The notes beneath the pieces were generated by a model. That model had not been told where the DNA came from. It worked only from the letters and a program-made list of their open reading frames with translations, and did no database searches. DNA of 64,000 bases from Octopus vulgaris (taxonomy: Eukaryota), in assembly GCA_951406725.2 (NCBI GenBank), contig OX597833.1, positions 18,600,001 through 18,664,000 of the forward strand. Reading direction: 5' to 3'. Below, in pieces: positions 1 to 10,919 of the stretch (positions within the stretch are counted from its first letter, which is position 1; the number at the start of each line of letters is the position of its first letter). The position numbers were made by a program, and so were the translations under genes.

Positions 1-288
1 ACGAGCGAGTGTCAAAAACTATACACTCTCCCGGTGCGAACTCATTATACTAGTGTTTACACTGGCGGCGGCAGCGGCGAAGGCCGTGATGGCGTCGGCG
101 ATGGCGGTGGCGATGGAGATGGTGGTAGTGGTGGTGATGTATTTTCTGTTTTGGTGGTGGTGGTAGTTGTGGTGGTGGTGGTTTTTGGCGGCGGCGATAA
201 TGGAGGCCGATGATGGGAAGGTGGGGAGTCATAGTAATAATAGTGGTGGTTATGGTAGTAGTTTGGAGATTGGTCAATGGTGGCAGTG

Positions 289-354
289 GTGGTCTAGTGG
301 TTAGGATTCCTGGCTTTCACCCAGGCGACCCGGGTTCGATTCCCGGCATGGGAA
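289..354 (+). pseudogene. tRNA-Glu(TTC) pseudogene/retrocopy lacking the 5' acceptor strand
   Basis: D-arm GTCTAGTGGTTAGGAT, anticodon arm CCTGG-CTTTCAC-CCAGG (TTC at 316-318), T-arm CCGGG-TTCGATT-CCCGG, 3' acceptor CATGGGA+A. Positions 283-289 (GCAGTGG) cannot pair with CATGGGA (TCCCATG expected). No CCA. Confidence 0.85.
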
Positions 355-369
355 CGGCATTTCTGTTAG

Positions 370-598
370 GGCGGCGAGCTGGCAGAAACGTTAGCACGGC
401 GGATGAAATGCTTAGCGGTATTTCGTCTGCCGCTACGTTCTGAGTTCAAATTCCGCCGAGGTCGACTTTGCCTTTCATCCTTTCGGGGTCGATTAAAAAA
501 GTACCAGTTGCACACTGAGGTCGATATAACCGACTTAATACCTATGTCTGTCCTTGTTTGTCCCCTCTATGTTTAGCCCCTGGGTAATAAAGAAATAG
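370..598 (+). mobile_element. SINE family A (GGCGGCGAGCTGGCAGAA head ... AAAGAAATAG end), full-length young copy
   Basis: Near-identical to copies at 11442-11672, 42097-42328 and 42780-43010. B-box-like GAGTTCAAATTCC; central GCCTTTCATCCTTTCGGGGTCGAT block. Confidence 0.9.
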
Positions 599-1057
599 GT
601 GGCGGTGGTGGTGGAGGTAGTGGTGGTGGCTTTTGGCGGCGGCGGCGATATTGGGAGCCGATGATGGGAAGGTGGGGAGTCATAGTAATGATAGTGGTGG
701 TTATGGTGGTAGTTTGAAGATTGGTCAATGGTGGCGGTGATGGTATCGGTGGTTCTGCTGTTATTGTTTAGCCCTGGGTTCGGTCCCGGTCAGAGTAGAT
801 CAAAGGCATCGAAGCTGTGATTACTTCATCGTTTTTCTTTTTTTTGTTGTTTTCTTTTTTGTATATCTTTCCTCTACATTCTATGTATCCTACAATTTTC
901 TTGCTTGTCGGTGATGCTATCGGTTGTGTATGCACGGTGTTCGTCACGGCCATGTTGTCGGTGGTGGAGGTGGTACTTTTGTTTTTTCGGTGAACGTAAT
1001 GGTGGTGATGACAGGAATGGCAGTTTTGATGATGATGAAGGTGACGAATTTGGTGTT

Positions 1058-2018
<961 letters not shown>

Positions 2019-2320
2019 TGGTAGTGATTATTGCAGTGTTGGTGGTTGTGGTGGTGGTGGTGATGACGGTGGTGGTGGTGGTGGTGGTGTTGGTGGTGAT
2101 GACGGTGGTGGTGGTGGTGGTGGTGGTGCGAGTGCAGGTGCGGGTGGTGCGGGTGGTGATGGTGGTAGTGGTGGTGGTGTAAGCTACCGTGGTTATAGGA
2201 CATACATGTCTTGCTGACAAAGAAAAGGCTTTTAATTATGCACTGTTTAACATGGTAAACGGGTGAGACTGAAGATGAGGCGAAGAATACGCAAAGGCTG
2301 GAAGGGTGACTGGAATCTCA

Positions 2321-2361
2321 TCACAGACGCACTCCTCCCCCTTCATACACAGCGCCAGCAA
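2321..2361 (-). CDS. Candidate terminal coding exon of the WIF gene: (V)AGAVYEGGGVRL*
   Basis: Minus-strand T-rich tract + TTGCAG acceptor, phase-1 compatible with the donor at 10421, tandem TGA TGA, ATTAAA at 2231-2236. No homology support. Confidence 0.3.
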
Positions 2362-2411
2362 CTGCAACAACATCAACAACAAAAATAATAAATAAATAAA
2401 TAAATAAATAA

Positions 2412-2798
2412 GAGTGACTATGTGGTAAGTAACTTGTTTACCAACCACATCGTTCCGGGTTCAGGCCCACTGCGTGGTACCTTGGGCAAGTGTCTTCTAC
2501 TATAGCCTCAGACTAACTAAAACCTTGTGAGTGAATTTGGTAGACGGAAACTGCAAGAAGCCCGTCGTATATATGTATATGTACATGTGTGTGTATATTT
2601 TTGTGTGTCTGTGTTTGTCCCCACAACCGATGCTGGTGTGTTTCTGTCCCCGTAACTTCGCGGTTCGGCAAAAGAGTCCGATAGAATAAGTACTAGGCTT
2701 ACAAAGAATAAGTCCTGGGATCGATTTGCTTGACTAAAGGCGGTGCTCCAGCATGGCCGCAGTCACATGACTGAAACAAGTAAAAGAGTAAAAGAGTA
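2412..2798 (+). mobile_element. SINE family B (tRNA-like head, CORE-like CCTTGGGCAAGTG block, internal microsatellite, (GTAAAAGA)n tail)
   Basis: Matches about 20 other copies in the window; flanked on both sides by (TAAA)n. Confidence 0.88.
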
Positions 2799-3119
2799 AA
2801 TAAATAAATAAATAAATAATTAGGGAGTCGACATAAAGGGGGAACCTGAGAAAACAAGGAAGTCCGAGATAAGCAGCGAGGGAGTCCAAGATAACGAAGG
2901 AGATACTGATTGAATCTGCGATGACGAGGTTGTCTGATCTATCGAAGGTGCCTGAAATAAAGTAGCCTGTGTTAACGAATTAGCCGCCACGTCACCGCTC
3001 CTCCTGCCAGAAATAGCAGCCAAATTGCCCTCAAATCACACTGCCTTATCAGGGGCTTTATGGACCCCAGTTTAGAACCACTGATCTAGAGCAAAAAAAT
3101 AAACAAAGACAGGAAAACA

Positions 3120-3522
3120 GTGGTAACAAGCTTGCTTTCAAACCACATGCTTCCAGGTTCAGTCCCACTGCGTGGCATCTTGGGCAAGTGTCTTCTATTA
3201 TAACCTCGGGCTAACCAAAACCTTGTGAGTGAAATTGGTAGACGGAAACTGAAAAAAACCCGTCGTATATATGTGTATGTGTGTGTGTGTGTGTGTGTCA
3301 CCACCGCTTGACAACCGGTGTTGGTGTATTTATGTCCCCGTAACAAAGCGATTCGGCAAAGGAGACCGATAGAATAAGTACCAGGCTTCAGAAAATAATA
3401 ATTAAAAAAACAACTACTGAGGTCGATTCGTTCAACTAAAGTTCTTCAACGTGGTGCCCCAGCATGGCCGCAGTCTAACGACTGAAACAAGTGACAGAAC
3501 AAAAGAATAAAAGAATAAAAGA
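3120..3522 (+). mobile_element. SINE family B, older subfamily with (AATAAAAG)n tail
   Basis: Colinear with family B consensus; 5' end eroded. Confidence 0.8.
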
Positions 3523-3867
3523 ATATATAAAGCATTTTTCTTTTTTTTTTCTTAAAAAAAGAAAAAGAAGAGAAAAAACTGATAAAAACCCCTCAAACAT
3601 TTCGGTATTGTTGAATTCCTGAAAACTGTGGAAAAGGTTCTTAGAAAAACATTTGGTCTGTGAAGACAGAGGTTAAAACAGTTTGGGAATGAAGACGCTC
3701 GCCATTTATGTTCAGGGCCACCCAAGTTTTTTTCTCGTTGGTTCTTTGTAAAACACATGCACACAAACACGCACCGATACACATATACAGATATACGCAC
3801 GAACACATACATGGTTAAACGCACAGTGTCAAACACACACACACGCACAGGCACGCACACATACACG

Positions 3868-3870
<3 letters not shown>

Positions 3871-3921
<51 letters not shown>

Positions 3922-4038
3922 CATATATACATATATATATTCATATATATACATATATATATATATACGTATATATACATATATATACATATATACATAT
4001 ATATACATATATATATACATATATATATATATACACAC

Positions 4039-4069
<31 letters not shown>

Positions 4070-4132
4070 CACACACATATATATATACATATATATACAT
4101 ATATATATACATATATATATACATATATATAT

Positions 4133-4179
<47 letters not shown>

Positions 4180-4280
4180 TATACATATATATATACATAT
4201 ATATATACATATATATATATATATATTGTGTGTATATATATATATACACACACACGCACAATAACATATATGTATATATA
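3871..4280. repeat. Compound (TA)n/(TACA)n microsatellite
   Basis: Direct inspection. Confidence 0.95.
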
Positions 4281-4979
4281 CGCACGCACCGACGAACGCA
4301 GACTGTCCCACACGTAACTATCGTTACATATACACATACCTACGCATACTGACGGACACACACGCACGCACACACACACACACACACACACACATGCAAA
4401 CTCACATACATATACACTCAAATGTACACTATACCGTTACATATACACATGCACACGTACACACATATGTCTTCACACCTAAATACACACACACAAACAC
4501 ACAAACACATACGCGCATGCTACTTACTACATCGCGCTTCTTCGCGCATAATCCCACTTTCACACTGTCCGACTCCTAACACGCAAAATACTCAGTCCCC
4601 TCACCCACCCTCTCTCTCACTCTCGTTCCTTCTCTCTCTCCCTCACACACACACATACACACACACAAACATTCCAAATGTCTGCTACTTGTTAACACGA
4701 CGTGAATACACAACACTGCATTGTGTTCACATAGCGACTGCTTCACATATTCCTTATTCTTGTTGCTGCTATTGTTGTCCCGGTCGTTACCGCTGCAGTC
4801 TGATGGTGCTGCCGTTTCTCTTTCGTCAGATAATAAATACCATTGGTCAATTAATTAACTAATACTAACGAACAAAATCGGTTACCATTGATAAGGTCTC
4901 ATTTAACCAGTGGTAACGAATAAAATCTGTTACCATTGGTTAAGTACACACTAATCAATGGTATCACACAAAGTTTTTT

Positions 4980-5292
4980 ATTTATTTATTTATGCGCCCT
5001 TTTCAAGCCTAGCCAGGGTTATGGGTCCTGTTTCCCGGTTTCTGTGGCGTATGAGTTCCCTCCAGCTGGACGGGACGCCAGTCCATTGCAGCGTAACCCA
5101 AGAAACAGGAAGAGAGAGTGAGAGAAAGAGTACAACAGAGAGAGAGAAAGAGTACAACCCCTGCCGGAGCCTCGTGGAGTTTTAGGTGTTTTTCGCTCAA
5201 TAAACACACACACAACGCTCGGTCTGGGAATCGAAACCGCAATCCTCCGACCGCGAGTCCGCTGCCCTAACCACTGGGCCATTGCGCCTCCA
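4980..5292 (-). mobile_element. SINE family C head/body with tail type 2 (V-domain-like GCAATGGACTGGCGTCCCGTCCAG)
   Basis: Reverse complement of the GGAGGCGCAATGGCCCAGTGGTTAGGGC head (A box) and GGTTTCGATTCC B box; same structure as 17977-18288; (TAAA)n tail. Confidence 0.88.
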
Positions 5293-5758
5293 CATCAAAC
5301 AAAATTAGTAACCAATATTATAAAACATAACTAGATCACAAAAAGTACAAATTTTGTACATTTTGTGATTTAGTTATGTTTTATAATATATTTTAATTTT
5401 TTCTATATGATATGGTTTATGTCTATCATTGTTTGAATTTACATAATTTATATATATTATATATATATATTTTGTGAAATTTGATTTATTACTAAATTGA
5501 ATTTTTCCCTGTAAGTTTGGAGTTATACTCCCTATTATTATTATTATTATTATACATATATATATATATGGGAGGCAACCAGATCGAACAGACTCAAGTG
5601 TAACTGCCCGAAACGGTCGTGACATCTGGTACTTGAATGAGGAAAGAAGGCCACAAATGCCCCGTCTTTTTTGCCTGTTTTAATTGTTATTTCTCTTGTC
5701 CACCTTTGTATCGTCTGTCTGTCTGAATGTTTATTGTCCTCTATTGCATCTTTGTTCC

Positions 5759-5816
<58 letters not shown>

Positions 5817-5885
5817 TGATAAAAATGGTAAGACAACAAAAGAATAAAAGAGACCTCGATATTATGTAAATAAAGGAATTTATCA

Positions 5886-6063
5886 GTAAAAGTGATAGGT
5901 GACAAATATTTGGTTGCCATGATAAAAAAAAACTCCGAGTTTCGGATGCCGAGGTGGAAATCCACGGATAACTGAAGAGATGGCGGCGTGAATTTCCACC
6001 TCGGCATCCGAAACTCGGAGTTTTATCATGGCTACCGAATAATTGTCACTTATTACTTTCACA
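5886..6063. repeat. Foldback palindrome (about 75-bp arms, 33-bp perfect core) inside a (TA)n-embedded Penelope-like fragment
   Basis: AAAACTCCGAGTTTCGGATGCCGAGGTGGAAAT / ATTTCCACCTCGGCATCCGAAACTCGGAGTTTT with a loop of about 30 nt. Confidence 0.9.
5962..6031 (+). ncRNA. Type-I hammerhead ribozyme-like motif
   Basis: Stem I CCACGGATAA/TTATCATGG, core CTGAAGA (5972-5978), stem II GATGGCGGCGTG/CACCTCGGCATC, GAAA (6010-6013), short stem III AC-TCGGA-GT, NUH=GUU. Confidence 0.6.
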
Positions 6064-6064
6064 G

Positions 6065-6126
<62 letters not shown>

Positions 6127-6157
6127 ATGTGTGTGCGTATCTATCTATCTATCTATC

Positions 6158-6159
<2 letters not shown>

Positions 6160-6242
<83 letters not shown>
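6160..6242. repeat. (GATA)n microsatellite preceded by inverted (TATC)n
   Basis: Direct inspection. Confidence 0.95.
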
Positions 6243-6339
6243 GTAAGGAGCACGAAGTGTTTTTGCTTTAAGGGGGCTTTGTAATAGAAGGAAATAAATG
6301 GTAAATGGCATATGATTCTTTACTAATGTCTTTTATTAG

Positions 6340-6660
6340 ACACCAGATGTGGACAGAGACGTCGTGGTCTTATATGAACATCTTGCAAGAAAATGAGCTT
6401 CATAGTTTCACAAAGACATAAGAATATTAATGGATTGTAGAGCAACAATAAAAATTAACATTAAAGAACAAAAATAGCTCTATCTGCACTATCCACACGG
6501 AAACAAAACAATATATATTAGCGACAGAGGCAGTATTAATACGAAGTAATATCTATCCTCACTTAAACACTTAGACGTGGATGTCCTGTTTGAAAAAGCT
6601 TTACTGCAGTAGATACCCTAAGAAAAACACTCGGATGGATTTTAGGGGCGAAACGTATAC
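6340..6660 (+). mobile_element. Possible decayed Penelope-like 3' region (GIY-YIG C-terminus)
   Basis: Translates to ...ILATEAVLIRSNIYPHLNT*, resembling the PLE 'LEA.LI...P.LN' motif, followed by a GCGAAACGT relic. Confidence 0.35.
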
Positions 6661-6890
6661 TTGTTTATATCATTGGCGGGAAGATTAATCCCCGCCATTC
6701 CCAGCGCCCAGACCACCAGATCACATTAGTTTGACCTTCCTTGATCTCGTCAATGATGGAAGCTCGGCCACTAAAAATTATAGAGCAAAAGGAAAAGAAA
6801 AGTCTTTTCGCTTCATCACTTGTTAAATTCATCGACCTCGAAAGTCGACCTCGGCGGAATTTGAACTCAGAACGTAGCATTTCGCCCGGC

Positions 6891-6946
<56 letters not shown>

Positions 6947-6961
6947 TGATGATGATGATAA

Positions 6962-7325
6962 CAAGAGCACTCAAAGAGCGCCGACTTCCGCCAAGGCAAC
7001 ATCAACGTCCTCTCAACGATTAGCCAGAGATGATTTTTAAAATGAGAATATCTGAAATAATCTCGACTGCTCTCACAAACGAAAATACTAAAAATGAACC
7101 CGACCGCTCTCAAAAATTAAGTAAAAAACAAAACAGGAAAAATAATCCAAAATCCTTGTCCGGTACCGGATCGATCCGATCCCAAAATCTAATTAGTTCC
7201 AAACATTCCTGAAAGTTTCATCCAAATCCATCCAGTGGTTCTTGAGAGATCTCGTCCACGAACAAGTAAACAAACAAACACGACTGAAAACAATAACTCC
7301 ACCTTCGCTAAGGCGGAGATGATAA
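6962..7325 (-). mobile_element. Non-autonomous Helentron-type (HINE/DINE-1-like) element
   Basis: Minus strand: 5' subterminal CTCCGCC hairpin, (GTTT)n tract, 3' inverted GGCGGAAGT followed by hairpin GCGCTCTTTGAGTGC and T-rich end. Inserted in (AAT)n; no discernible TSD. Confidence 0.7.
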
Positions 7326-7354
7326 TAATGATAATAATAATAATAATAATAATG

Positions 7355-7435
<81 letters not shown>

Positions 7436-7851
7436 CTTGATGTCATTTTTCAATTTATTCTGGAGTCACTCAAGCGTAAAGTTTTGTTGACATTTACACT
7501 ATTTCTTCTAAGTATCTCTGTTTGATAGATCTCTTCAGCAAATCTTCGAAAGCACCAACTCTCATTATCTTTTGAACGACTAGCTAATTCCCGACCTGTC
7601 AGAGCTAATCTTGTCAGGGATGGAGGGAGGGGAGATATTCTTCTTTTCATTTCTTCCTTTCTTTTATATATTTTTCTTCTTTCACGAATTCTTGAGATTT
7701 TCTGATTTGTAAAATATGTTCGATAGAATATAAACTTAATGGTAATTGGAAGTTCCTGATGTCCATGTTCTTCTTCCAAGACCTTTCTTTTTATAATGTT
7801 CGTCTTTATCATCATCAACATCATAGTTTTATATTCATCCGACAGAATGGT

Positions 7852-7934
<83 letters not shown>

Positions 7935-8727
7935 CAACAGCAGCAGCACAGGCGGCGAGCTGTCAGAAGCATTAGCACGCCGAGCAAAATACTTAGCAGT
8001 ATTTGTTCCGACTCGTTCTTTACGTTCCGAGTTCGAATCCCGGCAAGGTAAGCTTTGCCTTTCTATTCCCTCCGAATCGTTAAAATAAAGCACCGTTCTT
8101 TTCCTGTTTCACTGCACTTTTTGAAATTTTAAAATAAAGTGAAAAATTTCAAATTTGGAATATTGATGTAATTTTACATGTTGAATCTCAATGCCTAATG
8201 CATTTGTTCCAGAAAAAAAAATTTAAGCTACAGAGGTTTAAAATTTGATAGTTTTTACCCAGTCAGAAGACAGGGTTTGGAAGGTGTTATTTTGTGCGTG
8301 ACTGAAATCGTAAGACAACAAAACAATAATGTCAACATTGCGGCGATAGCACGTGTTTTAAGCATTTGATAAGCGAAAAGCGATCCCAAAACGAGTAAAC
8401 AACACATATTTTATAGTTTTAAGTATTCAAGAGTTGGGTATCGAAAATGTAACGTAAAATATCCAAAAACAGCAACAGATGGGTACAGATAGGAAAACAC
8501 AGCTTAAAATATGAACTGGTAGACATACGTGGGTTTTTTCGTAAATAAGATTCCAACGCTTGGCTTGTTACTATGGAAATAGGCACCTATATGTCTATGG
8601 GTTTCGATTGGTTAAAACTACCAAAATGTGCAAACTTTAAAAACTATTAACTGTTTATTTATTGAATTATAGCGAAAATGAATTTCATGTCAACTGTTAT
8701 TTTGTGAGTCAATGAATGAGTGAGTCA

Positions 8728-9000
8728 GTCCTAATCGAGCAGACCCATGATCAAAAGTCCCGTTTGTCTGTCCTTGTTTGTCCCCTCTGTATATAGCCCC
8801 TTCTGGGCAGTAAAGAAGTAAGACCCATGATCAAAAGTTCTTTCCAGTCGTGACCGTCTGGTTTTTCCTTATGCGCAAGTAATCCAAAATCGCACTATCC
8901 AATGTGTCATTTCTTCTTGAAGAGGGTAGAGTATGATTTGAGGGAGGCTTCAACCATTATTCTTAGCACGTCGAGTGACTACATAGACGGTCTCTCTTTG
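8728..9000 (-). mobile_element. Interspersed repeat family E with a nested 3' fragment of SINE A (8760-8820)
   Basis: Related to 45470-45660, 53200-53400 and 55260-55620. The nested fragment is flanked by the 18-bp duplication AGACCCATGATCAAAAGT. Confidence 0.65.
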
Positions 9001-9241
9001 GATATTGTCTTACGGAAAAATTAAAATTAAAAATACCATGATGTTCTCTGTCACCTTGAATCTCTACACCTTCCGCAAAACCAGATCCACTGAACATCTC
9101 TCTTATGTTACTCACCAATCAGTTGGCTCATGTTTAGAGAAGTTCGATTGTGTTTAACATGCAAATCTCCCGCCAAAACCTTCCAGAAAACGGGTTCCGC
9201 CCATCATCTCTTGAACCGACAGCTTCCTATTGGACCGTATC

Positions 9242-9500
9242 TTATTTCTTTATTGCCCACAAATGGCTAAACATAGAGGGGAGCAAACAAGGATAGACAA
9301 AGGCATTAAATCGATTACATTGACCCCAGTGCGGAACTGGTACTTAATTTATCGATCCCGAAAGGATGAAAGGTAAGGTCGACCTCGGTTGGAATTTGAA
9401 CTCAGAATGTAAAGACAGATGAAATACCGCTAAGCATTTCGCCCGGCGTACTAACGTTTCTTATTTCTTTATTGCCCACAAGGGCTAAACATAGAGGGGA
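9242..9500 (-). mobile_element. SINE family A with duplicated 3' end
   Basis: Reverse complement of family A; CTTATTTCTTTATTGCCCACAA occurs twice. Confidence 0.8.
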
Positions 9501-9719
9501 TTAATGAGGATATTTATTTTATCGCATTTGTTTTATAATTTTTATATTTATAATTCTGTTCTCCATATAAATAGATTCAATAAAACTTTCGAATTCAAAG
9601 AATCTATAATTTTCTTCCGTTCAAATCAATGGAGTAACGTCGGCATAAATAAATATATTTTAGGGTAATTGGTTAAAAACTTTCCCCGACCCTTGGTTTA
9701 TGCCATATGGCGACAATGG

Positions 9720-9990
9720 TGGCAATGTTTTAATCACGTGATCAGAGCTCACATCCTCGGGGGTTGGGCGGACTGAAGACAGGGTCACGAGCAACAAAGA
9801 CAAAGATGGGATGATAACATCAAGGAGTAGACCGGAAGGAACCTGGCGAAGTGTACAGCTGCAGCACAAAGCCGCAGTGTACGGTGATCAGTGGTGATTG
9901 TGTCTCATGCACCTGACCCTCACCCACGAGGATTTACATGCTCATCCGTTCATTCAATCATTCATTAACTCACTCACTCATTCATTCATT
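9720..9990 (+). mobile_element. Decayed RTE-clade LINE 3' end with (TCAT)n-like tail
   Basis: Translates to QQRQRWDDNIKE*TGRNLAKCTAAAQSRSVR*SVV, typical of the RTE/BovB ORF C-terminus, with in-frame stops. Confidence 0.7.
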
Positions 9991-10121
9991 TATTCAATTA
10001 TTCATTTTTGCTTACATCGTCCTCCGCTGCAAAAGAAGAATCATTACCAATTTATAAAAAACAAAAAAAAAAACAGAAACTAAAAGTAAGTAAAACATAA
10101 TAATATATTTAAATAAAATAA

Positions 10122-10354
10122 ATGCCCCCTTTTTAAAGCCTAGCCAGGCTGAAGGGCCCGGTTTCCCGGTTCTCCAGCTTGACGGGACGCCAGTCCATCA
10201 CAGCGTTACTCATTTTTGCCAGCTGAATGGACTGGAGCAACGTGAAATGAAATGTTTTGCTCAAGAACACAACACTTCGCCTGGTCCAGGAATCGAAACC
10301 ACAATCTTACGATCATGATACCGACACCCTAACCACTAAGCCACGCGCCTCCAC
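10122..10354 (-). mobile_element. tRNA-derived CORE-type SINE with tail type 2
   Basis: Head GGAGGCGCGTGGCTTAGTGG, core GTGTTCTTGAGCAAAACATTTCATTTCACG, tail GATGGACTGGCGTCCCGTC ... CCTGGCTAGGCTT. Confidence 0.8.
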
Positions 10355-10420
10355 TAATAATATATTTGCCGGTGGAAATTATGATTAAAAAAATTAATTA
10401 TTTTAATTAACTGGACTTAC

Positions 10421-10564
10421 CATGTGCTTTGCAATGCTTTCGAAGTCTGAACTTTATCGGTGACCCTTCGATGGCTTTGCCAGTGTGGTCAAATACTTGA
10501 AGGCCAAGACTGAGGTGAGCCACTCCATCTTTATGTCCGGTACAAGGAATGGCAACTTGAAAGT
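10421..10564 (-). CDS. WIF1: WIF1/shifted exon encoding the end of the WIF domain: (D)FQVAIPCTGHKDGVAHLSLGLQVFDHTGKAIEGSPIKFRLRKHCKAH
   Basis: Acceptor TTTTTATTAG, donor G|GTAAGT, 144 nt, phase 1-1, open frame. Both WIF-domain cysteines present; F..PC.G..DGVA and G.PI....K.C patterns match WIF1/Shifted rather than Ryk. Confidence 0.92.
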
Positions 10565-10919
10565 CTAATAAAAACAATAAATAAATAAATGAATAAATAA
10601 ATAAATAAATGTAAGGTAGCGGATCGGGAAATGAATAATAACGAAAATGGGATGGGTCTCGGGATGGGAATATAGAAATGATAACAGCGGAAGAAAAACC
10701 TTAACATGTACTATATGAACTGTATCTATTATGATAATGAATTCATTCTGTGAATACAATGCCATTGTCAGAATGTAGGAGGATGACGCAGGATGGAGAA
10801 ATGCTTAGTGACACCTGCTGCACGAAAAACAAAATGTAAAGCTGATGTACTGATATACATAATTTATTGAGCAAAGAAATTCTCATTAATTCATAGAAAT
10901 TAATGTAAATCCCCACTGA

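Noticed and set aside
283-354. Functional tRNA-Glu gene
   Set aside because: The acceptor stem cannot form because the 5' strand is replaced by host sequence.
8100-8720. Possible DNA-transposon relic with weak inverted similarity
   Set aside because: Termini and TSD could not be defined by eye.
9116-9226. Minus-strand coding exon ending at a GTGAGT donor
   Set aside because: Phase-1 readings from the WIF exon hit stops quickly, and there is no EGF-like sequence.
9753-9858. Apparent minus-strand exon CTLRQVPSGLLLDVIIPSLSLLLVTLSSVRPTPED with AG/GT ends
   Set aside because: It is the antisense of an RTE LINE 3' relic, and its phase does not fit the WIF donor.
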